Below, piece after piece: positions 10,401 to 20,377 of a DNA stretch of 64,000 nucleotides; within the stretch, counting starts at the first letter, position 1; each line of letters begins with the position of its first letter. The notes below the pieces were generated by a model, which was not told the origin of the DNA, did no database searches, and worked only from the letters and a program-made list of their open reading frames with translations. The stretch lies in the NCBI GenBank assembly GCA_965215515.1, contig OZ244057.1, forward strand, positions 704,001 to 768,000, given 5' to 3'. The position numbers and the translations under genes were made by a program. Source of the stretch: Oligoflexales bacterium. Its GTDB lineage: Bacteria; Bdellovibrionota_B; Oligoflexia; Oligoflexales; JAPPIL01.

Positions 10401-10721
10401 GTATTTAAGCTAAAGTCAGGGTGTCCGTGGCGATGTGTGCCTGAAAAATACGGCGACTGGCGAGCACTGCACAAACGCTTTACGGCCTGGGGAAAGAGCG
10501 GTAAGCTGCAATCTGTCTTTGACAGCTATTTGCTACATTGTGATCTGGGCAACGTGTCCATAGACGCTACGATCGTCAAGGCACATCAACACAGCAGCGG
10601 TGCTCGCAAAGGCGAAGAGGCCGCTATCGGCAAGTCAGTTGGTGGCCACACGACGAAGATTAGTATGGTAGCAGACAATATGGCTCGACCTGTTGATTTT
10701 GTCATTACCGAAGGGCAGTAG
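10401..10721 (+). mobile_element. IS5-family transposase fragment (DUF4096 + start of DDE domain), truncated at both ends
   Basis: SGCPWRCVPEKYGDWRALHKRFTAW, IDATIVKAHQHSSGA, IGKSVGGHTTKI, PVDFVITEGQ then stop. Confidence 0.88.
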
Positions 10722-10982
10722 CAAGGTAGCACAAAATACTATGCTAGCCCAACCTCCTACACTCACACAACAGCTTGGGCTGAGCCACAGGCGGACATCG
10801 CCTCTGACAACGAGTGCCTGAAGACACACCGACTTAGGCAACAACGCTGATTTACCTGCGGAACTCAGGAGGAAAATCAAGGATACGCTAGCTAACGCCC
10901 GTACCGAGCGGGAGAAGAACGATACTACCGTTCGTCATCTAAAACTCGTTACACAGCCTCAAGAGCCACTATGATTGAGCAG

Positions 10983-12278
10983 TCACTTTGCTGCGGTGGC
11001 TGGCGGTGTGCACTGCACTTGGGCGCGCTGGATACGGTTATTATCGACTTGTGTGATCTTGATGGTCACTGAGCCGATCTGCACTGTCTGCCCTACCTCT
11101 GGCATCTCGCGTATTACTTGTGTCAGCAGACCTGCGAGAGTATCAGCTTCTTCTTGCAGTTGTTCCTCGATGACTGCTTCGGGCAGTTTGAAGAACTCGG
11201 TGAACTCGTCGATACTGATTGCTCCCGCCACCTCGTAAGTGCCATCACTGCTACTCTTGATTTTTTCTTCTTCCGAATCGAATTCGTCCTGAATATCACC
11301 GACGATTTCCTCGATAATATCTTCCATCGTTACCACTCCTGCCATGCCACCGTGTTCGTCGATGACCACCGCTAACTGGTTGCGGTCGCGTTTGAGCTGT
11401 TTGAAGACATGGATGACCTTGTTCGATTCAGGTACGAAGTAAGGCTCGCGCATAATACTGCGAATTAGGGTGGATTTTGCTTCGCTGCAAAGCGAAGCTT
11501 TGAGCAAGTCTTTAGCCAGGATAACCCCGATAACGTTATCGATACGCTCTTCGTAAACAGGCAGACGGGACATGCCTGTGGAGATGGTCTTGTCTACCAC
11601 CGCGGCAAAGCTCTCGTTGATGGAGACCGCGATCACATCGGGACGCGGAGTCATGATCTCCCTGACTGCTTTGTCGTCAAAGTCAAAAACTCCTGAAATC
11701 ATTTGCTTTTTTGTGTCCTCGATCACGCCGTGTTCTTCACCCACGTTGACCAGAAACTCCAGCTCATCTTCGGTGATCGGTGGTTTTGCCTTTTGTTCCT
11801 CACTGCCCAACGCCCGCAGCACCCAGTCGGTAAATTTCGACAGTGCCCAGATCAGCGGCCACGTCCCGAAACAGAAGACCTTGACAATCCGCATTACCAG
11901 CACGGCAATGCGCTCGGCATGCACCTTGGCGAACGATTTGGGGATTATTTCACCGAAAACTAACACCAGAAAGGTGGTGATGCCCGTGGCGATACCGACC
12001 GCACTGCTCTGAAACCAGCGGGTCGCCAACTCGGTCGCCAGCGCGGAAGCGAAGATATTAACCGCGTTGTTGAACACCAAAATCGTCGTCAACACCTTGC
12101 CAGGCTCGTCGAGCCAATACTGCAAGGGATGGTAACGTTTCGACTGCTCGATAAGGTGTTTTACTTTCAGAGCAGCGAGGGAAGTCAAGGCTGTCTCACT
12201 GGAAGAGAAGAAAGCCGAGAACAACAAACAGCCCAGAATAAGCAGCAGACTCGTGATGTCGCCCGCGGCTGCCTCCAT
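10983..12278 (-). CDS. Hemolysin-family CNNM/DUF21-CBS-CorC Mg2+/Co2+ transport protein
   Basis: FSAFFSSSETAL, VFGEIIPKS, REIMTPR, SRLPVY, VIDEHGGMAGVVTMEDIIEEIVGDIQDEFD, CorC_HlyC C-terminus. Confidence 0.92.
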   Translation of the reverse strand: MEAAAGDITSLLLILGCLLFSAFFSSSETALTSLAALKVKHLIEQSKRYHPLQYWLDEPGKVLTTILVFNNAVNIFASALATELATRWFQSSAVGIATGITTFLVLVFGEIIPKSFAKVHAERIAVLVMRIVKVFCFGTWPLIWALSKFTDWVLRALGSEEQKAKPPITEDELEFLVNVGEEHGVIEDTKKQMISGVFDFDDKAVREIMTPRPDVIAVSINESFAAVVDKTISTGMSRLPVYEERIDNVIGVILAKDLLKASLCSEAKSTLIRSIMREPYFVPESNKVIHVFKQLKRDRNQLAVVIDEHGGMAGVVTMEDIIEEIVGDIQDEFDSEEEKIKSSSDGTYEVAGAISIDEFTEFFKLPEAVIEEQLQEEADTLAGLLTQVIREMPEVGQTVQIGSVTIKITQVDNNRIQRAQVQCTPPATAAK

Positions 12279-12281
12279 CGC

Positions 12282-12782
12282 TCAGCTCCCCCCTCCGCGG
12301 CGCAAGACCACACACTCACGCCAGACTCCTTCGCCCAGGATACTCAGGATACGCCGTTGCTCAGCCAACATAACCGCCTCTTCCTGCGGTTGCTGATGGT
12401 CGTAGCCGCACAGGTGCAGAATACCATGCACCAGCAAGAAGCATACCTCTCGCCCCAAACTCTGTCCGAGACGCGCCGCACTCTCGGCAGCCACAGCCAC
12501 ACAGATAACCACATCGCCGAGCACGTGTCCAAAAGGATGCCCTTGCCGCACACCTGCACGGAGATACAGCGGAAAAGCTAAAACGTCGGTAGGTCTGTCT
12601 ATACCACGAAATTCTTTATTCAGTTCCCTGATTCTTCCCAGACTAACAAAACTCACCCCCAATGCAAAGCGTTTAAAACGCAGCTGAGCACAGGTTATGC
12701 TAGCTATCTGCTTAATTTTACCGTGACATATTTTATATTTGCGTATCCCACAAAAAACGGTTGTCTGTCCGTCGCGGTGCAA
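12282..12782 (-). CDS. ybeY: rRNA maturation endoribonuclease YbeY
   Basis: LNKEFRGIDRPTDVLAFP, LGDVVIC, HGILHLCGYDH (H3xH5xH). Start uncertain. Confidence 0.92.
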   Translation of the reverse strand: MHRDGQTTVFCGIRKYKICHGKIKQIASITCAQLRFKRFALGVSFVSLGRIRELNKEFRGIDRPTDVLAFPLYLRAGVRQGHPFGHVLGDVVICVAVAAESAARLGQSLGREVCFLLVHGILHLCGYDHQQPQEEAVMLAEQRRILSILGEGVWRECVVLRRGGGS

Positions 12783-13566
12783 GTTGTTGTTGTCTCCTCT
12801 GTTGTTTATTTATCCGCGGGGGTGTCGTCTCGCCCTTTCGCACCAGCGCGTGGGTGTGTCCCCTCATCAGCATGTGCTTGTTATTTATCAACACCCCGCG
12901 GTAAATTTTCCTGTGGGCAGCGAGAAAACGCTGCTCGAACGCGCTGGTTAATTCCCGCGGCACGGTGTCTGCGCAGCAAAAACCATGCACCAGCAACGCT
13001 TGTGTTGCCTGTGCAAAATAGCTCTCATCGTCGGTCTTCAGCCACACAAAACCTCGGTCTTTGAGCCGCCCTGCCAATTGGGCGCAATAAGTAGTCGATA
13101 GTAAGCGTTTTTTCCTCTGACGTGCCTTCACCCACGGATCGGGGAAAAAACAGATAACCCCGTCGAGCTCGTCATCGCCGAACAAGGTGGCAAGATCGCG
13201 GGCATCGCTCAACACACTTACCGCGTTACACAATCCCCGCGCCTGAATTGCCTGTGCGCTCAACACCACGCGCTTGAAGGTAAGGTCGATACCAACACAA
13301 GCGGTTTGCGGGTAACGTTGTGCCACTTCGACCAGGTTGCGGCCGCGATAGCATCCTATCTCCACCAACAGTGCTCGTTGCACCTGCATACCTGCTGCGG
13401 CAAAGTAGGTGCGCCAACAAGCCGCAGCCCGCCGCAACTGTCGACCATGCAGCAGCGGGAGTTGTTGTGTGTGGCGCAACAACTGCAGGTAAGGGTTGAT
13501 GGCACTGCTTAAGTTACGAGTGCGATCACGGAAAGGGTCGGCATAATCGGTCGAGTTTCGCGACAT
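12733..13566 (-). CDS. trmB: tRNA (guanine-N7)-methyltransferase
   Basis: VEIGCYRG, FFPDPWVKARQRKKRLL, LKTDDESYF, TSAFEQRF. Confidence 0.88.
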   Translation of the reverse strand: MSRNSTDYADPFRDRTRNLSSAINPYLQLLRHTQQLPLLHGRQLRRAAACWRTYFAAAGMQVQRALLVEIGCYRGRNLVEVAQRYPQTACVGIDLTFKRVVLSAQAIQARGLCNAVSVLSDARDLATLFGDDELDGVICFFPDPWVKARQRKKRLLSTTYCAQLAGRLKDRGFVWLKTDDESYFAQATQALLVHGFCCADTVPRELTSAFEQRFLAAHRKIYRGVLINNKHMLMRGHTHALVRKGETTPPRINKQQRRQQQLAPRRTDNRFLWDTQI

Positions 13567-13581
13567 AGACACAACCAATCA

Positions 13582-13971
13582 GTTGAGTTCGGCTGTAAGC
13601 CGGATTCTGTTCTGCCTTAGCAGGCAGCGGCTGCCATTAATCTGGGACGTGTGTCACCACCCGCCTCCTGCGACCTACCCGAAAGCTCGGCCGGACAAGC
13701 CCTTGCCACCTCAAGAGACACTGACAAGATGGCACTTTCTGTTTGGTCTTGCTTCAGATGGGGTTTACCAGACGGGTATGTCGCCATCCCGCCAGTGCGC
13801 TCTTACCGCACTATTTCACCCTTACCTTGCCACCAGGTGGCAAGGCGGTATCTTTTCTGTTGCACTCGCCATCGGGTCACCCCGCCTAGCCGTTAGCTAG
13901 CATCCCGTCCTGTGAAGTCCGGACTTTCCTCCCCGTACGCATCCACGGAGCGACAGCCCACCGAACTCAAC
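13582..13971 (-). ncRNA. rnpB: RNase P RNA, bacterial type A
   Basis: Reverse strand has GGGGAGGAAAGTCCGGAC, GAGTGCAACAGAAA and ACAGAATCCGGCTTAC. P1 ends gttgagttcgg / ccgaactcaac are complementary. Confidence 0.97.
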
Positions 13972-14104
13972 CGCCCCACCGCGTAACACAAAAGTGCGGT
14001 CTCAACAAGAGATGTTTTTTGTTGCTTCCCAGTTCCTGCAACAGAATGTCACTACTGAAGTTTCAACCATAATCAGACTTAGACAACGAAAGCCGCGTCT
14101 ACGA

Positions 14105-14923
14105 TTACCGATTAGCAGTACCGTAATCCTTTAGTCGGTATCCTGGAGGGGTGACTAAACGGAAGGTATTGTCGATAGCCTTCACCACCAACAATCCACG
14201 ATCGTGTGCATAGCGGATAAGATCATCCTCATCGCCCTTGCGGGGCACTTGTACAAAGGCGATCACGCCGTAGATTTTCTTGTGTGCATGATGCTCCGGA
14301 AAGTAGAGATGAAAACAACTGAGGTTGCCGTTAACAAACTTGTCGATGTCATCGGCGGTGAGGGTAAGCTTCACCTCTCCGATTATCACGACATCATCGT
14401 TGGTAGCGAATGCATCTACTTCCCAATGCCTGCCCTGATATTTACCGTTGAGACCACGAATTGAACGCTCGATGACGATACCAAAATGCTGTCTGACAAT
14501 GTTGAGAAAATCACCCACCACCAGATACTCAGCAATGTCGCCACACCGATTGCTAACCCCACCGATCTGCTTGCCCAGTTCTCGCACATACCGACCCGTA
14601 GCCTGCAATTCCTCCCTAGTAACTTGCAACTGCCTGTTGGCAGCCTCTTGGCGTTTATCGGCAGCCTCTTGGCGTTTATCGGCAGCCTCTTGGCGTTTAT
14701 CGGCAGCCTCTTGGCGTTCTCGCGCGGCAGCATTGTCCGCTTCGCGCTCCGCGACAATAAAATCAAGCCGTTCACCCACACGCACGAGAAGTTTATCGAT
14801 GTCGCTAAAACGCTCACCGACACGAGCCAGCAGTTGCATAAGCTCAGCAACCGTCGGGATCTCGCTACCGTCGCCCTTCTCAGCCACCACCGTACCCACA
14901 GCTAAACGATTACCAAAACGCAT
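14105..14923 (-). CDS. Coiled-coil protein with C-terminal PD-(D/E)xK-like nuclease fold (DUF3782-like)
   Basis: Heptad repeat RQEAADK, then GDIAEY...EVDAFATNDDVVIIGEVK...DIDKF...KKIYGVIA...GLLVV. Confidence 0.7.
   Translation of the reverse strand: MRFGNRLAVGTVVAEKGDGSEIPTVAELMQLLARVGERFSDIDKLLVRVGERLDFIVAEREADNAAARERQEAADKRQEAADKRQEAADKRQEAANRQLQVTREELQATGRYVRELGKQIGGVSNRCGDIAEYLVVGDFLNIVRQHFGIVIERSIRGLNGKYQGRHWEVDAFATNDDVVIIGEVKLTLTADDIDKFVNGNLSCFHLYFPEHHAHKKIYGVIAFVQVPRKGDEDDLIRYAHDRGLLVVKAIDNTFRLVTPPGYRLKDYGTANR
14639..14718. repeat. 21-bp in-frame tandem repeat (~3.8 copies of ggcagcctcttggcgtttatc)
   Basis: Units start at 14639, 14660, 14681 and 14702 (partial). They encode DKRQEAA. 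Confidence 0.95.
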
Positions 14924-15073
14924 CCCACCCTACAAGAAGACGGCCCTTCCGTCAAGCGAGAGGGGACTAACATCCCGTTTTTTACTTTCCCATAACACTA
15001 CAACTTGAAGATTAAGAAGGAGTATAGCAGTGCCTGGCTGGCTGGTCAATAGATAAATTTAATTTTTGTGCAT

Positions 15074-17212
15074 TTATGCGAAAAATTTCGTGCCCTGTTC
15101 GGCCATGGTAACCAAGCCTGGAGCGGGAGCGAAGCGTTGACCATACTTGTTTTGCAGAGTACGCAAATTTTGCACAATCGCTTTGCAGCCCACGTGGTCA
15201 ACATACTTGAAGGGGCCGCCCCAGAAAGGAGGGAAACCGAGACCGAACACTGCACCGACATCGCCGTCACGCGGGGCGGCGATGATGCGGGCATCGAGAC
15301 ATTTGACCGCCTCGTTGACGAACGACAACAGACAACGATCGACAATAGTATCGTGAGGCAACACATGTCGTTTTTTGTCGATCGCAAGCAGTTTGTAGAT
15401 GTTGTCATCAGCGGCAAGCTTTTTGCCCTCCCGATATTGAAAAAAACCCTTGCCAGACTTGCGTCCCAAGTAGCCTTGAGCAGGCAAGGCTTCGAGACGG
15501 GGCAGTGCATCCATTAGCTTGTGGCGAGCCAAGGTGTCTAACACATGTAGACCGATATCGATCCCGACCTCGTCCACCAAAGTGATAGGCCCGACGGGAA
15601 AACCAAACTCCGTCAACGCCTTGTCAATCTCATCGATCGGACAGCCCTCCAGCAAGATACGCAGTGCTTCAGCCAGCAAAAACGCCAACACCCTCGTCGT
15701 GTAAAAACCAGGCTGATCCTGCACGATAATGACCTGTTTACCGAGAGCATGCCCGCAATCAACCGCACGACTGATCGCCCACGGGGCGGTTTTAGCGGTG
15801 ACAACAATCTCCAGCAACGGCATCTTCTCCACGGGGGAGAAAAAGTGCATGCCCAGCACACGCTCAGGACGCTTGGCCTGTGCAGCAATGTCCGCAATCG
15901 ACAACGCCGAAGTGTTAGAAGCGAAAATCACCTCGTCGGGCAGCCGTTCCTCGCAGGTTTGCAAAATCTGCCGCTTGAGGGCGAGATCCTCGTAAACCGC
16001 CTCAATGACGAGCTGGCAAGTATTAAACCCAGCAACGGTTGTGCCTGGCGTAATCATCGCCATCCTCCGCGTCCGCTGAAACTTTTTCAGCCGCCGCCGT
16101 CGCACCTTTTGAACAAAATAAGCATCGGCATGTCTGAGCAACCTGCCGACCGCCTCGGGGCTGGGATCGGAGATGAGGACGCTGAAGTCGCGATCTGCCG
16201 CCAACGTCGCTAACCCCGTGCCCATGAAACCAGCCCCGATAACACCCAAACGCTCGATTTTAGCCTCGCCATACTTGGCCTTGCCCTCTTTGCGGAAATT
16301 ATTTTTCTTCAACACCGTCGTCGCATGAAACAAATGCATCAAACTCTTACACTCACGCGTGCCGACCAACTGACTGAACAACTGTGCCTCCAAGTCCAGC
16401 CCTTTGTCGAGAGGTAGCTCAATACCCTCAAACACCGCCTCCAACGCTTTATATGCCGCGGGATAAAAGCAGCGTGTCTCACGCGTTACCGCCTCGCGTG
16501 CCTTACGTGCCATGAGCTTGCGGCCGAGCGCATTCCTCTCCAACGCAATCTCTGGTAGCAGCCGCTTGATGTTTCTGCTCTTCCTGCTGACGACAGACGC
16601 TTTTTTTTGTTGTGCATAATCACAGGCAATTTGAGTCAACATCGTCTGGGGAACGACAGCATCGACCAGGCCGACTTTAACAGCCTTGGTGGCGGGATAA
16701 CTACGCCCCGTCAACACCAAGTCGAGCGCAGCACCGATGCCGATCAAACGCGGCAAACGTTGCGTGCCACCTGCCCCAGGAATAAGTCCGAGTTTGATTT
16801 CGGGGGCGGAGAACTTGGTAATATCAGCATCGCTGGCGAGACGATAGGTGCAACACAAGATAAGTTCGAGACCACCGCCAAGACAAGGGCCGTGGACGGC
16901 GGCGACGCTGGGAATCTTCAGCCGTGAGAACTTGCGCAAAATTCCCTCAAACTCACGACACTTGTCCCGTGCCTGCGCAGGGGAACTGAGCGCCTCGATC
17001 TCATTGACATCCGCACCGACGATGAACTGATCTTCCCTGCCGCTGCGAAACACCAAGCCACGGTACTCGTCGTGCGCAGCCACCTCATCGAGCAGAGCGG
17101 CGAGCTCCTTGAGCACCTCGGCGGCCAAGATGTTCATCTTAGCGCTAGAGTCAAACGTCACCACCGCGACACTAGCGTCAGTAACAGTGAGGTGGAAATT
17201 TTTCTTGGCCAT
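15074..17212 (-). CDS. fadJ: Fatty acid oxidation complex alpha subunit (enoyl-CoA hydratase/3-hydroxyacyl-CoA dehydrogenase)
   Basis: FIVGADV, CLGGGLEL, PEIKLGLIPGAGGTQRLPRLIG, GVIGAGFMG, ASNTSAL, GMHFFSPVEKMPLLE, GLGFPPFWGGPF. Confidence 0.93.
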   Translation of the reverse strand: MAKKNFHLTVTDASVAVVTFDSSAKMNILAAEVLKELAALLDEVAAHDEYRGLVFRSGREDQFIVGADVNEIEALSSPAQARDKCREFEGILRKFSRLKIPSVAAVHGPCLGGGLELILCCTYRLASDADITKFSAPEIKLGLIPGAGGTQRLPRLIGIGAALDLVLTGRSYPATKAVKVGLVDAVVPQTMLTQIACDYAQQKKASVVSRKSRNIKRLLPEIALERNALGRKLMARKAREAVTRETRCFYPAAYKALEAVFEGIELPLDKGLDLEAQLFSQLVGTRECKSLMHLFHATTVLKKNNFRKEGKAKYGEAKIERLGVIGAGFMGTGLATLAADRDFSVLISDPSPEAVGRLLRHADAYFVQKVRRRRLKKFQRTRRMAMITPGTTVAGFNTCQLVIEAVYEDLALKRQILQTCEERLPDEVIFASNTSALSIADIAAQAKRPERVLGMHFFSPVEKMPLLEIVVTAKTAPWAISRAVDCGHALGKQVIIVQDQPGFYTTRVLAFLLAEALRILLEGCPIDEIDKALTEFGFPVGPITLVDEVGIDIGLHVLDTLARHKLMDALPRLEALPAQGYLGRKSGKGFFQYREGKKLAADDNIYKLLAIDKKRHVLPHDTIVDRCLLSFVNEAVKCLDARIIAAPRDGDVGAVFGLGFPPFWGGPFKYVDHVGCKAIVQNLRTLQNKYGQRFAPAPGLVTMAEQGTKFFA

Positions 17213-17221
17213 GCGCTGTTC

Positions 17222-18547
17222 CTAGGTCAGTCTCTCGATTAACATCGCACCCCCCATACCGCCAGCCGCACAGATGGCAACAAGACCGAGAGTCTTATCG
17301 CGGCGCTGCAGTTCGTTGCTCAACGTGATGACCAACCGCGCTCCGCTCGCCCCAAACGGATGCCCGATAGCTATCGCCCCGCCGTTGACATTCAGCTTGT
17401 CGGCAGGGATTTCCCCACACGGCTTGCTGTTACCGAGATGCTCGGCCGCAAAATCAGCCGAGGCAAGGGCACGCTGACAACTCAAAACCTGGGCGGCAAA
17501 GGCTTCGTGTATCTCGACAAGATCGATGTCCTTAAGCACTAGCTTGTTGCGGCGCAAAATTTGAGGGATGACCACCGCAGGGCCGATCAACAACTGCCGA
17601 TACGGATCGACACCGACGAACAAGAAATCGAGAATCTTGGCACGAGCGACAAGACCGAGGTCGTGAACACGGCGAGCATCGGCAATCATAGTCACCGCCG
17701 CCCCATCCGTCAAAGGCGACGACGAGCCTGCCGTGATCGAGCCATAGCGACGATCGAAGACGGGACGCAAACGCTGCAGAGAAGCTAAATCAGCATCGTC
17801 ACGGATGATATTGTCAGCTGTAATCACCTTGCTATAATCGCTTCCCGCCCAGATAGGACAGGTCTCGGCATCGAACTTACCAGCCTTGCGTGCCGCACTG
17901 GCTCTCCGATGTGAGGCAAGGGCGTATTCGTCCTGCTCGGCACGGGCAATACCGTTCAACTTCGCCATCTGCTCGGCGTGCTCACCCATCGTGAAACCAG
18001 TCAGCGGCTCAAGCAACGAGGGTGGTCGAGGAATCCAGTCTCGAGGCGACAGTTGACTCAACAGTCTGAGACGAGCGACGTTACCGCGGGCACGGCTGAT
18101 TTTAACCAAAAACTCAGTGGCTTTCTCCGAATACACGACGGGCACATTGCTCAACATCTCCACCCCACCTGCCAACACAACCAGCGGCTGGCCACTGCCG
18201 ATAGTGGCCGCGGCAGTGGCAATGGTGTGCAGACTGCTGGTACAGGCACGGTTGGTGGTCGAGCCGTGGATACGGTGCGGGAGATTGAGGTTGATCACCG
18301 CATCCCTCGCTACGTTGGGGTTTTTGGGCTGCGGGACAACAACACCCGCGGCGATTTCGTCGACCGCATGCGGGTCGATACCCGTCTTGCGCAACAGCGC
18401 GGCCACCGTGCGGCTGAATAACCCCAAACAATCGATGCCATCGTACGCACCGAACGACTTAACGAACGGCGAACGCACGCCCTCGACGAAAACGGGAACA
18501 CCCGCCTTGCCAGCAGACCTGCTGTTTTTCAATTTACCTGCACTCAT
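17222..18547 (-). CDS. fadI: Acetyl-CoA C-acyltransferase (thiolase), beta subunit
   Basis: [45 protein letters not shown]. Adjacent to fadJ. Confidence 0.93.
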   Translation of the reverse strand: MSAGKLKNSRSAGKAGVPVFVEGVRSPFVKSFGAYDGIDCLGLFSRTVAALLRKTGIDPHAVDEIAAGVVVPQPKNPNVARDAVINLNLPHRIHGSTTNRACTSSLHTIATAAATIGSGQPLVVLAGGVEMLSNVPVVYSEKATEFLVKISRARGNVARLRLLSQLSPRDWIPRPPSLLEPLTGFTMGEHAEQMAKLNGIARAEQDEYALASHRRASAARKAGKFDAETCPIWAGSDYSKVITADNIIRDDADLASLQRLRPVFDRRYGSITAGSSSPLTDGAAVTMIADARRVHDLGLVARAKILDFLFVGVDPYRQLLIGPAVVIPQILRRNKLVLKDIDLVEIHEAFAAQVLSCQRALASADFAAEHLGNSKPCGEIPADKLNVNGGAIAIGHPFGASGARLVITLSNELQRRDKTLGLVAICAAGGMGGAMLIERLT

Positions 18548-18639
18548 GGGGGCGAGATCATACCTGAGTTGACAGGTGCTGGCAACGCTTTTATGCACGT
18601 CGCTCCCCTAACTCACGACAATAGGATAGACATGCATTT

Positions 18640-19848
18640 TTACTTCCGCAACAGCGGGTCGCTGATGGCGAGCAGAGGGAAATAACGACCGAAGGAGACC
18701 ACACACGCCATGAACAACCCGACAAAACCGAGAAACACACCGAATTCAAGCACGGGCAATTGCCAGGTGTGCCCACGGTCGAGCTGGGGAGCAACGACGA
18801 TGATCTGCGTCACCCACTGCGCGATAATAACCATCACACAGACAGGGATAGTCACCAACGGTGTCCACTTGCTCGCCTTAGGTAGCAAAGCAAACATGGG
18901 AACGACAAAATTAAACAAAGGGGCAAGAATCACCAGCGTCAACCACGGTTGTTGCAAACGATGGATAAAATATTCCGCCTCCTCAGGCACGTTTCCATAC
19001 CAGTAAGTCAACACATGCGCATAGGTAAGGTAAGCAAAAAAAATCGTAAACCCAAACAACAGCTTACCGACATCGTGAAACTGCTTGATCCCATAATGCT
19101 GCCCAACCGCACTGCTCTGCATACCGAACATAAATAACAACAGGAAAGCAAACAAGGTCTGCATCATGATCGCAAAGTTCCAACCACCCCACAAGGTTGA
19201 AAACCACTTGGGGGCAAGCGACATCGTGATGTCAAAACAAATAAACGTAAAGCACAAAGCATACACCACCAATAGCGGCGCTGACCAGTAACGCAGCTTA
19301 TCCCGAGCCAACTCCGCTAACTGCCGCGCCTCTCGCTCTTTGCCCGCTAACAACAGCCGATCGGCCTGCAGCCCCCGCCGCAACTGCCACCACGCCAAAT
19401 AAACGATAACCAGCAACAAAAATAACACCCGCAGTAACATAAAATCTTCCACTAACCACGAGCGCTTGCCCACATAATGATGCAACAAATCATGGTCGGC
19501 AATCCAGCTGTAAACCTTATCCGCCTCGGCAACACCCAGCTTAATGCACATAAAAAACAAAGCGAACAACAACACCGCGACAGGCAAAAACGCCCCGAAC
19601 GCCTCATGCAGCCGCTTAATCGGCCGCCCCCAACGCGCCCCTAACACATCCTGCATGCCACCAAAAGCAACACCACCCAATGCTACCGTGAAGAAAAAAA
19701 ACAAACTCAACAAAAAACTGCCCCACGCCCGTAACGGCGCAGACAAGAAAGCATATATCAACGTCACAGCACCGACCAGCAGACAGAAAGCTATCGCCCC
19801 CCGCAACAACGGCGAAGCACGTAACAGAAATTTTTCGCTATCGTGCAC
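18640..19848 (-). CDS. actF: Alternative complex III subunit ActF (NrfD-like membrane protein)
   Basis: Polytopic membrane protein with MSLAPKWFSTLWG, HDVGKLLFGF and YWYGNVPEE. Last gene of the act cluster. Confidence 0.88.
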   Translation of the reverse strand: MHDSEKFLLRASPLLRGAIAFCLLVGAVTLIYAFLSAPLRAWGSFLLSLFFFFTVALGGVAFGGMQDVLGARWGRPIKRLHEAFGAFLPVAVLLFALFFMCIKLGVAEADKVYSWIADHDLLHHYVGKRSWLVEDFMLLRVLFLLLVIVYLAWWQLRRGLQADRLLLAGKEREARQLAELARDKLRYWSAPLLVVYALCFTFICFDITMSLAPKWFSTLWGGWNFAIMMQTLFAFLLLFMFGMQSSAVGQHYGIKQFHDVGKLLFGFTIFFAYLTYAHVLTYWYGNVPEEAEYFIHRLQQPWLTLVILAPLFNFVVPMFALLPKASKWTPLVTIPVCVMVIIAQWVTQIIVVAPQLDRGHTWQLPVLEFGVFLGFVGLFMACVVSFGRYFPLLAISDPLLRK

Positions 19849-20377
19849 CGCTCACCCCCTGCAAATCACGCAGATAATAGACGATCTGCCACCGTTCCGC
19901 CACACCGAGAGCATGCCCATAACCTGGCATAATCGCCGTGCCAAAGGTGATACGATGCCATAAAAAACCATCCGTGCGCTCTCTATACACAGGCAACGAA
20001 ATATCAGGCGGTTGCGGAAAACCATGCCCTATCGTGCCATCGCCTTTACCCCGCGCCCCATGGCACACCTGACAAAACGTGCCATAAAGTCGCTCGCCCT
20101 GTGCGGCATCCTTCGTCACCGCCGCGGCTCGAGTGCTAGCCTCGGCAGTCTGTGCGTAGAACACCGCCTCCTGTGCCACACTGTGCAGAGGTGGGTCGAG
20201 ATAGTCCTCCTGCGCCTTCACCGTCGGGTTATCAGCCATGTCAGGCATGTACTGCAACTTGGTGACCGCGGGATCGAGACAAGCAGTATTGAGCAGCAAA
20301 ACAAACAGAATACCGCGCCGCACCTCCGTCTGCTCCGCAACCGCAGACCAGCAGCGGAGCGGGGAACATAATGTCAT
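19838..20377 (-). CDS. actE: Alternative complex III subunit ActE (monoheme cytochrome c lipoprotein)
   Basis: Lipobox-like NTAC, YMPDM, CQVCHG, MPGYG, ERWQIVYY. Confidence 0.88.
   Translation of the reverse strand: MTLCSPLRCWSAVAEQTEVRRGILFVLLLNTACLDPAVTKLQYMPDMADNPTVKAQEDYLDPPLHSVAQEAVFYAQTAEASTRAAAVTKDAAQGERLYGTFCQVCHGARGKGDGTIGHGFPQPPDISLPVYRERTDGFLWHRITFGTAIMPGYGHALGVAERWQIVYYLRDLQGVSGAR

Noticed and set aside
10401..10474. N-terminus of the predicted 327-aa ORF as a real start
   Set aside because: It is the antisense of the IS5 transposase fragment, so the ORF is a truncated remnant.
10722..10975. Possible gene remnant (...DLPAELRRKIKDTLANARTEREKN...) on the + strand
   Set aside because: In-frame stop at 10819, no start codon and no recognisable family.
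13583..13900. ORFs 13583-13900 and 13651-13896
   Set aside because: Antisense to the RNase P RNA.
14639..14718. Tandem repeats here and at 36569-36712 as CRISPR
   Set aside because: Head-to-tail with no spacers and in frame within coding sequences.
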